DNA of 34,870 nucleotides from Perkinsus olseni (Eukaryota): NCBI GenBank assembly GCA_013115125.1, contig JABANN010000367.1, positions 1 to 34,870 of the forward strand, read 5' to 3'. Shown piece by piece: positions 1 to 9,991 of this stretch (position 1 is its first letter; each line of letters starts with the position of its first letter). The notes under the pieces were generated by a model. It saw only the letters and a program-made list of their open reading frames with translations, ran no database searches and was not told where the DNA came from. The position numbers and the translations under genes were made by a program.

Positions 1-206
1 TGGTAACCCGGGAAGCGGAGAAGAAGATTCCGCCTGAGCAGTCGCCGGAGTCGTGGTCGTCGACAATGGTAACCCGGGAAGCGGAGAAGAAAACTCCGCC
101 TGAGCAGTCGCCGGAGTCGTGGTCGTCGACAATGGTAACCCGGGAAGCGGAGAAGAAGATTCCGCCTGAGCAGTCGCCGGAGTCGTGGTCGTCGACAATG
201 GTAACT
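1..206. repeat. 66-bp tandem repeat (at least 3 copies) inside Gag-like ORF
   Basis: Unit tggtaacccgggaagcggagaagaagattcc...gtcgacaa starts at 1, 67, 133 (partial at 199); encodes 22-aa LPLSTTTTPATAQAESSSPLPG on the minus strand. Confidence 0.95.
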
Positions 207-1748
207 CTGGCATCGTGAAGCAGGCACCGTTGTAACCATTCGGCGCGGAAACCGCCGTGGTCTGAGGCCTCGCAGGAACTGCGAAGCAGGAAGCATTGTA
301 GCCCGTCGTCGCCGGCACTGTCTCTAGCGTAACGAATGTAGTGACACCGTTGCCAGATGTTGACGGCTTGTCGAGAGCTTTGATGTCCTCCAAGGTAAGG
401 GGGCACATACCCGAACGATGCGGCACCCCGGCCCTCGCGTGGTTCCCACACCTCCTGCACATGAGCGTGCCTCCTGCCTTCATTCTGCACTTCTGGGCCT
501 TGTGTCTCGTGCTACCGCACGGACACCTCTTGGCCCTATGGGCGGGCTCTTGGGCAGGGCAGTCGATGTCACTGTGACCAACATTCTTGAGGCAGCGATA
601 ACAGAAGCCTGTCTCCTGGCGTTGCTGCCCAGCTGGACCTGCCTTGGCCGAGGTAGACCCCGTCGGCTTCGATTCCGTCTTGCCCGGTTGGGTATAGAAG
701 GCTGGCATCCCAGGCGCGGACTTGACGAGACTCGCATTAGCACTGTCTTGTTGCGTCATAGGAAATGACGGACCCACCATTCTAGACCGTTCAACCATCA
801 CTCGGAAGGTGCTTAATATGGTCTCAATCGTGACGGGCCTTCGTTGTAGTATGTGTTGGCGATACTCCTGATAATACCAATCGTTGAAAGGTGAGGCAAG
901 AGAGGTAAGGATAACGTTGGCGAGGTGCGACACCGCTATGGCTTGAGCGCCGGAAGCAAATTGTAACTCTCGAAGGCGGTCAGCGACTTGACCCAGGAAC
1001 ACCGCCAGCTCCGTGGTCGCGTCCTGCCTCATAGTCATCAGGCTCTGCAGCAGTGCCGTGACGTGATCGTTCTTCTTATGATGGAGGAGCAAGTATGAAA
1101 CCGCGAAGTGGTGCAGTAAGAAATAGTAGTGTCGAGAAGCCAAGTCTGTGGGAAAGGCCTTGTTCTGCGCTGTCATAATCTCGTTCGACAAGGTGTTGCC
1201 CAATGCTGTGCTTAAGAACGCTCTCGACGCCGCTGGAGAGGTCGGCATTTTCCACTGTGCTCTGCAGAACTCGTACCATTGTCGTAGAACCGAGGATAGT
1301 GACAGGGTCGGATCGGTGACTCCTTGGAAGGGAGGATGATCACGTTTCCAGGATTCGCCTAGGTGGCCAGCTGCCTTCTCTATGCGGTCCATTTCTGCTG
1401 AACCGATCCCGTCCTTATCTGGCTGGTCACTTGCGAGGGGCAGGTAGACCCATTGACCATCGACAGTGAATATTGGTACAGTGGCCGTGTTGTGTCCCGT
1501 CTGGGAGTGGGCGGAGTGGACGCTGTACCTCTCATCCCGGCCAGCTGGAGCCTCCCACGCTGACTGAGTAGGGGTTTGATATCCTACCGTCGGTGTCCCC
1601 AAAGCATGACGAGCGCCTAAATAAGGAGTTTGAAGACCGTGAATGGCAGTAGGATCCGCCTTAGAGGGTGCATACGCATCACTCCGCTGTTGACAATGCC
1701 AGGGTAAGTGCTGTGTGGTGGGAATGTCTTGCTGATGCGTTATTCTTC

Positions 1749-2042
1749 CCGTCGACGTTGGTGGCCTTTCGGAAACCGGGAACCAGGAGTTATTATAACC
1801 AACCGCCGGCGTAACCGTCGACGTTGGTGGCCTTTCGGAAACCGGGAACCAGGAGTTATTATAACCAACCGCCGGAGTAACCGTCGACGTTGGAGACCTT
1901 TCAGGAACCGGGAAGCAGGAACCATTATAACCAATCGCCGGAGTATCCGTCGATGTTGGAAGCCTTTCAGGAACGGTGAAGCAAGACTCATTATAACCAA
2001 TCGCTGGAGTAGCCGTCGACGTTGGAGGCCTTTCAGGAACCG
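1749..2042. repeat. 66-bp tandem repeat (~4.5 copies) inside Gag-like ORF
   Basis: ccgtcga-initiated units start at 1749, 1815, 1881, 1947, 2013; encodes 22-aa (V)TPAVGYNNSWFPVSERPPTST-like repeats on the minus strand. Confidence 0.95.
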
Positions 2043-2753
2043 CTGTAGGTAGCTGGAATTGATCCGCCGGCCAGGGGTTCACTGGGATAGACTGCTGCAC
2101 CGCACCGCTGGGGGGTTGCTGTCTTATATACGGCAACCCTGGGCCGGGCGGCTGACCCAATAGCCGAGGTGACCGTCGTTGTTGATCCCGATAGTGCTCG
2201 AGTTGGGAAGAAGATGTTGTGTTTCTCGGATGATTGTGCTTGTCATTGGCCATCATGGCGAGTGTTTCCTCTTCCTTGGTCAACTCAAGACTCGTGGGGA
2301 TAGACATAGTTCAAAAAATTTATATACTCTTGGGTTCAGTATTCCATCTCAGGGGAATATCTTTCCGTTACACAAAAAGGGGCGCGCTCTAATGATTATG
2401 AGCACATCGCAAACGAACAGGAAGGGGTTGGTCCACCTTACAAGTGGTTCCCCATGTCTCTCAAAAAAGAGAGGTGAGAGATCCGAACCTGGCACGCCAC
2501 AGCGCCCGCCTACCCGCCTAACCTTTTAGAGTAGCAGCTATATGCATGGGACGCTGGAGTGTTCCTTCCGGCATCGAGCAGTACAGCCACGTCCTTCTGC
2601 TCGAAGGACGCCGGCGGCGGCTTGTAAGCCAAAAAAGCAAATTTGGCGGGGCGCGCGCTAAATACATCAGTCGCGTTGCTCGGCCCAGCACGCATCACCC
2701 CTCAGTGGCTGTTTTTTGGATAATAATACTACTACTACCCTATTACTCTCACT

Positions 2754-3763
2754 ATGGCTACTAACGTGATCCTGAGGGGCATGAGCATGAAGCCCTTGGG
2801 GATGATGGCCAAATGGTCCGCTTTTTATCCCGTCTCCGGCGCAGGGCTGTGCTGCATGAGGACAGCAGCGGCTGGATGGGGTGGGAATGACGTTGGTAGA
2901 AGTAGATTATTCTCTACCACAACTCCCCAGAATCATCCCAGTACGTCACAACACCTACACGCCTGTCGTGATAGCGTCATCGGGCAGGTATGATGAACGT
3001 GATGCCGACAACTTCTCTGTCACCATCCCGATGCCCTCCACAATACCTCAACAAGCCCATCATGCAGCAGCAGTCCAGGGGCATCGCCACTGTTGGTTTA
3101 TGGGCCGCCAGACCGTAATAAAATATCACCAACAACCATCAGAATGGCCATTTTATCACGGTCAGATACGCTGCCTTTGACGCCGCCAGGGCCCTCCTTG
3201 ACCCTCTCTCCCCAGGCACTACTTCACGCCGATCTCCTGCTTCTCACCATTTCGTCATTCAGGTGTCGCCCTGAGTTACCTCTCTCTGGCTGCTGCCAGT
3301 CCCGCCCAGATCGGACAGGTGGCGTTGACGGTCCCTGCGGTACTGGGAGTTGGTTACCTTGCCCTGCAGCTGGGGCAGAAGATGAGCAGCGGTGGAGCAT
3401 TTCAGCACAACTACTTCATGCTCTTCTTGTACGATCATCAACCGCCAACGCTCTTCCCTTGACGACCCTCTCCACCAGGTACCTCGTCATGAGCTTCGCC
3501 CCAACTCCCTGCTTCCAGAATCTCTTTGCGGATCTCCTCTTCGTCGCTACATGGCTGACAGTGACGTACTTCGCATTCTCGCTGCTACCGGAGCTGGTCT
3601 TGAAGGACCACGTCTTCACCTTCTACCTGGTAGTCCTAACCAATACCACCAGCTTCGTTGCTCTATATTTCTCCATTTTCAGTTGGCGTTCCTGCTGCCG
3701 ATATTCCCCCTGGCCTTCTCGTTCATGCCCATCATCAACACCAGGTCATATTTGATGCTGTAA
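2754..3763 (+). CDS. Multi-exon hypothetical membrane protein, presequence-like N-terminus (probably mitochondrial)
   Basis: MATNVILRGMSMKPLG...RSRLFST...QQQSRGIATVG is Arg/Ser-rich and acid-poor; short candidate introns join hydrophobic segments (YFMLFLYLVMSF, DLLFVATWLTVTYFAFSLLPELVLKDHVFTFYL, LAFLLPIFPLAFSF). Exon structure and 3' end uncertain. Confidence 0.55.
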
Positions 3764-3905
3764 GGGTGATCAGAGAGGCGATGACGATGCCGACCGCAGT
3801 GAAGTGTGTATGAGTTGGTATAGTTTCCTCAGACCTTATCTTTTCACTTGTGTTAGCCTCGCTTCAACTTCATGTCCCCTCAACAGGAGGTACCGTTAAG
3901 CCTTC

Positions 3906-6578
3906 ATGTCTCCTCTGTTCTCCTCCCCTGCCCGCTGCCCTCGCCTGGCTTATGCCGCTTTGCTCCGTCGCAAGAACTTTTCTTCTGCTGTTGACAGGGG
4001 CGTGATGACCCCTAGCGAGGCCTTCGTCGAGACTCTGATTAAACAGGTTGGTACCGTTACCACCACAATCGTCGGATCATCATCAGTACCGTTCAGGATG
4101 TTAAGTACATCTTCGGTATTGCTGGTTCGGCCTTCATGGACGCCCTCGACCTCTTCCCTATAGCTGGTATAAGGTACAGGGGCATGCTTTGGTCGCACTT
4201 CTACCAACTACCCCCGTCGTCTCTGCAGGTACATCAGCGTCCAGCACGAGCAGAATGCGGTCCACATGGCCGACGGGTAGTCCTCAGGCCCCCACTAATC
4301 TTACATATCCTTCTCGCTCTAGGTACGCCCGTATCAGCGGCCGTCACGGCGTTTGTGCGGCGCAGAATGGCCCTGGGATTACCAATTTCGTCACCGCCCT
4401 GCAGGGGTGTTATTGGAGTCACAGGTGATAATAATACCATCAGCAACTGCAGTACCATCCATAGCCCAACTTCTCAGCCCGGTGGTCGTCATCACCCCTG
4501 ACCACTCCTCGATGCAGACCGGTACTGGTGGCTTCCAAGTAGGGCTCACGACAGTCGGCAAGCCGTCATCCTGGGTGTCTCAGGAGTGTAACCAGTTGAG
4601 GATCTTTGAGAGCATGGTTAAATACCAAGGACATGTCAACAACCCGAAGAGGGTTGCGGAAATAACTGCTCGGGCCTTCGATGTAGCCCTGAACGACAAG
4701 GGCCCGACTCAAGTCAACGTCCCAAGGTTGGCGACGACGACAGTGTTGTCATCAGCATATGGCGGTGATGACGATCAGGGACTATTGGTATGGTAAGTAC
4801 GATTTCACCATACCTGATCCGATCCGCATCGAAAGGGGTCCTGGGGGCCCGCAGTCCATCGAACGTGCCAAGGGGCTTCTGATGGGCGCGAAGAACCCGG
4901 TAGGGTCTAATTGTCCTTCCTAGGGAATCGATGGGAAGGGCGTGTGATCTTTCAGGTGATCATGGTGGGGGGCGGCGTTGCATCTTCCAAGGAGAATATT
5001 GAAGCGGCTGTTAAGTTCGCGGAGGCTGTACAGTGCCCGGTAGTCACTACTTACCTGCACGGTGACGCCTTCCCACAAAATCATCCATTGTGTGCTGGGA
5101 TCCTGAGGTGGGAGTAGTAGTGGTAGTGGTACGAAGGTGCTCACGATGATCTTCAGTTACGGTGGTAGTTTGGGGGCTATGAAAGTGGCGAAGGATGCCG
5201 ATGTTGTCTTGGCTTTGGGAACTAGGATCAATCCCTACATGAAGAACCCGTAGGCGGCAGCTACTCCCCTTTTGCTCATTCCCAAAGATTCTTTCAGACA
5301 ATATGGTCTGGATTGGTGGCCGAAGGATGCTAAACTCATCCAGGTCGACATCGACTCTAGAAGGCTCGGCCTGACCAGTGATGAGATGGCTACTGGCCAC
5401 ACTAGGGTTAGCTTCTGTCGTTCAGGTCGGGTAACAGTACCAGTCAACGGCGACGTGCGTCTGTTTATGGAGGAGCTCACGAGGTCTCGCTGTTACCATT
5501 GGTCACCGGGTCAAATGCCTCTCAGGTACTTCACGTCGCCCGAGGGTAAACGGGCAGCTGGACAGCTTCTGGACCTAAAGAACATCAATAGTAGACTCTC
5601 TCGGGCTCGGGCTTATGTAACCCTTCCACCACTACTACTGCTGATTCGATGAGCCGCTGGACAGGCCACGGAGTGGGAGACCAGGCTCAAGGCCTTAACG
5701 GATGATATGAAACTATGCCAGCCCGGCAGGGTCAGACCGAGGCAGGCGTTGGCGGCCGTTCGTCGAGCCTTGCCCGATGATACTATGATGAGTGTGGATA
5801 CTGGCAACCTATCCGCACTCAGTAGCAGCTACATGCCCGAGGTAGGGCGGGATGTGGGAGAATCGTTCTTTGACGGTTTTTCCATCAGTTTGTTACGCGC
5901 GAACCATCCCTTATCGGGCCTGGCATGTGGGCGTCCTGCGGCCCAGCTTTTGGTGAGATGATTGGTGCCAAGTTGGCCAGACCCGATAGGCCAGCGGTGG
6001 CGTAATAATGCTTCTTTTCGAAAGCTCATGGAAAATGCACTAGAATTAGTTATCATGGCGATGGGTCGTGGATGATGAACGGCATCAACGAGATCGTCAC
6101 TTGCATAAGGGAGGAGATACCAACGACGGCGATCGTGTTCAACAACAGGCAATGGGGCGCTGAGAAGAGCAACCAAGTCAACTTTTTTGGAGATCGTTAT
6201 TTGGGTAGGGTGGGGCAGGTCGGTGAGTGGGGACGACGGGAATGGCAGGCACGAATCTGGATTACCATCCGGATTATGCTGAGGTGGCTAAGGCCTTCGG
6301 TGCTGTTGGTTTGAGGTGTACTCATGCTGATGAGGTCAGTGATGCGGTTAAGGCTGCGGTGGATGCACAGATGAATGATGATGGTAAAACTAGTATCGTG
6401 GAGATCGTCTGCACGAGGGAGCTCGGAGATCCTTTCCGTCGTGATGCTATGGTAATAACGAAAGTTTTCCGAGTGGTTCCAGCTGAGTGTTCAGGCACTT
6501 CCGACGAGGTATCTTGACAAGTATAAGTCTACTAATGTTGACAAGTACTCTCCAACAGGGCAGCCGACGGACATGTAA
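3906..6578 (+). CDS. xsc: Sulfoacetaldehyde acetyltransferase (ThDP-dependent), about 16 short introns, N-terminal extension
   Basis: Spliced translation shows Xsc-typical segments: MTPSEAFVETL, FGIAGSAFMDALDLF, HEQNAVHMADGYARISGRHGV..AQNGPGITN, GGFQECNQL, KYQGHVNNP.R, GPTQVNVPRDY, PQYGLDWWPKDAKLIQVD, ThDP motif GDGSW...FNNRQWGAEKSNQV, and C-terminal CTRELGDPFRRDA..P.RYLDKYK; stop TAA 6576-6578. Confidence 0.9.
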
Positions 6579-7182
6579 AAACGGCTTCTCTTACGGCCAC
6601 CGGTCTAGTTCGTTTTTTTGACAACTTTTGTGCTCCTTTTCATTATCATTTGTTGTTGTCATGACGTTTCCACATCGGGTCTCACAGAGTCCGTGGCTGT
6701 CGAGTTGATGTGAACTACTCCACTCCGTTTCACAGGCGGAAACAGTTAAGCCGCTATCTCTTCATTAGACAAAGTTCTGTGCAATTTCAGACTCACCCCC
6801 GATTTCAGATAATACCTTAGTAAAAGGCGGCGTAAGTTAACACGATTTTGAAAACGATTCTGGTCCGAATTCAATATAACAATTTCAAAGAACTATCTTC
6901 GAAACGTGTCCGACAGGAACGTTTCGATGAGCGAGAGGAGAATGCCCGTTGTAAGATAATTACATAGAACCACAGCCAACCGATAAAACTGACGGACTCA
7001 AAGTGTTCTCCTGAAGCTTGAGTATCGCGCTGGATAGGTCATGAGTGTTACCAGCGGTCAGAAAGTTACCTCCCATGTGGATGCTGACAGAACTATTAGC
7101 TATACTATCCAGCCCTTCGTCAGTGACCGGGATCCCTTCCTAGGTGGACCTCTCGAGTACACTGTCGAATCCCACGACCTCA

Positions 7183-8893
7183 GGTGTTACTCATCTCATC
7201 CGTTATAATTCCATCCATCACTCAACTCATCCATTCTCATCTCGCCCACGGCCATTCCACTCAGTGCAATTTCATCCGTCGAAGAACACCAAAAATGCAA
7301 ATTCTCATTCCACGCAGTTCTGTTCGATACTACTGATCTACGCGAATCTTTGAAGCTCAACCACTATCACCACGAGAGGCTTTGGCGTATCTTGTTGCTG
7401 TGGGGAAGGTCGGATACCGCGACACCACCGCGGTTGGACTGTGTCTATCATCATTGAGAGCACCGAGCTCAGCTACAATGCCACCGCTGCCTGCCTTTAC
7501 TAGTCTGACATTAACACAGCATATGCAACTTGACACGGCCCTGATGAGGTTGGGTGTTGAATGCCACGACTTGTCCGACTTTCTAAAAAGTCTCCTGCCC
7601 AAGGCCAGCGAGGCTGGTTCGCTTACGAAGGAGGAATCCCGAGGAGCATGGACGTCCACGAAAAACCGAGGGTAGTCTCTTTTCTCGACCGTAGTAGCGT
7701 TATCGTTTAAGAAAGCGAGCTATTGTTAAAAGGGGAAGTTGGGCTGTCGGAAAAGAAAGATTCATATTCGGGTTACTAGACGAGTACTGTTTCTCAATGA
7801 TAACCTCGAAGTGCAGTGAGCACGCCTCTTCACGATAATAGATGAAGGGGAGTATGAAGGGCCTTCTGTATTCCAAGAAGAATCAACGACGAGACTGATA
7901 GGAGAAGACGTTGCGTTGACTTTTTGGTATGTCGATTGTACATCGAAAGTCCTGATCTCACGAGCGTCGTCCCCTACTATCAGTGTGTTGTGAGAACAGC
8001 GAACAAGAGTTGTACCTTGGATGAGGTCCAGTGGGTGAGCCAAAACACCACTGTGAATCGGACACAAAGGTTTATGTACAATAGCAAAGACGCACAGGGG
8101 TGTGCATACTCAAGAGAACTGTAGTTGAATGTCGGAATGAAAAGTCTCTGAATGAAGTCTCAGTGAAGTCGTCTGAGAAGCCTTGGAGGGCGCGTTAAGC
8201 GAGCAGCGGCAGGTCACGCTGACGTTAGATAGATTAGTCGTACTCTGCACCGCGGCGTTCTCTTGATGACAGGAGACTTAGTACCGGGACATTAGTACCT
8301 CAGCCGCCGCCTACTAACAGTTAAGGTCAACCTGAAACCGTCACCCTCGTTATAGACGTATCTACCTCGACCCTCGGATAGGGTTGAGGCTTGTCTGTCA
8401 AATTCTCCTATTGGTGCCTGGAGTTTGAGTTCGAACAAGCTATTCTGACTGAGACGGGCCAAGTCGCTAGCTTCGAGTGGGATCTCAGGAAAGATTCTCT
8501 TCACGACAAGGTTGAAGGAATATATACCTTTTGTTCCAAAGTTGACGGTGTAGTTGTTAGGACCTCCTTCCAGGGCATATCGATCACTGACGAAGCGTTG
8601 CCGGTTAGAAGATTCGATAGTAAATGCAACATCAGCCTCACCGAGGTCAGCGGTTATGTTACCAAATAGTGTTTGAAATAGATATTTACAAAAATTCGGT
8701 GGATGAAAAACATCTGGGCGAAAAGATACTGGATGAAATAGAACTGGGTGAAATGAGAATTTGCATTTTTGGGCGCTCTTTGATGGATGAAACGAGCCGG
8801 ATGAAATTGCACTGGATGGAATGGCCGTGGGCGAGATAAGAATGGATGAGTTGAGTGATGGATGAAATTATACCGGATGAGATGGGTAACACC
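7183..8893. mobile_element. Putative non-autonomous DNA transposon with long imperfect terminal inverted repeats (Mutator/Foldback-like)
   Basis: 7183-~7328 (ggtgttactcatctcatccgttataattccatcc...) is the reverse complement of ~8732-8893 (...ggatgagatgggtaacacc), apart from scattered mismatches and a short deletion in the left arm. No transposase ORF or target-site duplication was seen. Confidence 0.6.
8292..8660 (-). pseudogene. 5'-truncated fragment resembling lineage-specific secreted beta-rich proteins, inside the inverted-repeat element
   Basis: Open frame NITADLGEADVAFTIESSNRQRFVSDRYALEGGPNNYTVNFGTKGIYSFNLVVKRIFPEIPLEASDLARL...GRYVYNEGDGFRLTLTV has no start codon before the repeat arm. 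Family resemblance is by recollection only. Confidence 0.4.
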
Positions 8894-9991
8894 GGTCAAT
8901 ACGAACCCCGCGCTCCGCCCGCAGCATACGCTAGGTACTTGGCCAGCGCGTAATGCTGTCCTGGAACCCGGGTGTCACGAATGTCACCAATGGCCCCTAC
9001 CAACTTGACTGAAAAGCACTTCTGCTGTGAACCTGTGTTACAATCGAGATGAGGCTCCGGTTCCCGCCAAGTGCACTTGGTGCCTTGCCGACACGGGCTT
9101 CGGCATTTCTCTTCAACCATCCCAAGCGCAACTCATCTAACAGTTTCTCCTCAAGTGAAATGCAGATCTGCTAGGATTGAACCTGGATTCTCTCTGGGGA
9201 AGCTCGCGTTTCCACCCGCCAGACCAAACCTTCTACTCACATGTGATAGAAACACTGGGGCGTCAAGCATCACTTATCTGCTCGTGACGAGCAGCTCGTT
9301 CACCAGATGAACTCCATCTCAGTCGTTGAGACTTAACCTGTCGAAGGCCCAACACTGGGAGTCGGTGTGGGTCCATCCAAGGTCTTTGTCCTGTACATGA
9401 TATCGAGAGTGATACCCGCTATCGAGTCCCTTCCGCATTGAGGGCTCCTCGGTTTTCGTCCATTCTACTGAAAAACTTTTCGCTCCGCTTCCAATGCGAT
9501 TCTTTGACACCTTCCGGTGCTGTTTTGTAGTGTTTGCCCAACCATTCAAATTAGCAGCGGCAGAACATACACAATGGCACCTTGTTTTACGAAATGGCAC
9601 TTCGCGTTATACAGAACCGCGACGTTTTCAAAATATACATGCTCTCATGTGCGTTGCTGTTATCTGAACTCCTCTAGTGGGTATGCACACAACAGCGCAC
9701 TGCTGTTTTGCTCGTCATTATACGACAACAGCGCTTAGCAAAGTTTTTCGCTCACATCTGACAGCTGTATTCGCTGTGGATGATGGAGCGGCATTCCGGG
9801 GGAATCTTATGTCGACTCAAGGTCTATCCGTGCACGAAGATACTCCGAGCCGCTCGAACCACCGACTAGCTCGTAAACCACTGTCCAACGTCAACTGATC
9901 CGCCCTGTGTCTGTGCCCAGTAACTTCCACACACAACAGTTGTTGTCACGCATGATGGGAGGTGCTAATAACATGATCATGATACAGAAGA

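Larger units (their letters stand above)
1..2307 (-). mobile_element. Gag-like ORF of a retrotransposon (probably LTR/Ty3-Gypsy type), truncated by window edge
   Basis: Manual translation gives an intronless frame with no stop from ATG at 2307 (MSIPTSLELTKEEETLAMMANDK...) to position 1; absent from the ORF track because it leaves the window. Contains a capsid-like PPFQGVTDP segment and three Cys/His knuckles at ~403-603: CYRCLKNVGHSDIDC, CPCGSTRHKAQKC, CRRCGNHARAGVPHRSGMC. Pol is not visible, so the class is inferred. Confidence 0.8.

Noticed and set aside
1-2042. 66-bp arrays as CRISPR
   Set aside because: Units are contiguous without unique spacers, in frame within an ORF, and the context is eukaryotic.
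2487-2499. Minus-strand TGGCGTGCCAGGT upstream of gag as a tRNA primer-binding site
   Set aside because: PBS-like, but not preceded by an LTR-ending CA, and no second LTR or host tRNA set is available to confirm it.
3429-3630. Nuclear-encoded ATP synthase subunit a resemblance (PLTTLSTRY...)
   Set aside because: That peptide mostly falls in a probable intron (~3429-3478), so the apparent conserved Arg is likely an artefact.
3906-6578. Acetolactate synthase call or bacterial contamination
   Set aside because: Xsc-specific N- and C-terminal segments fit better; many spliceosomal introns and eukaryotic neighbours argue against contamination.
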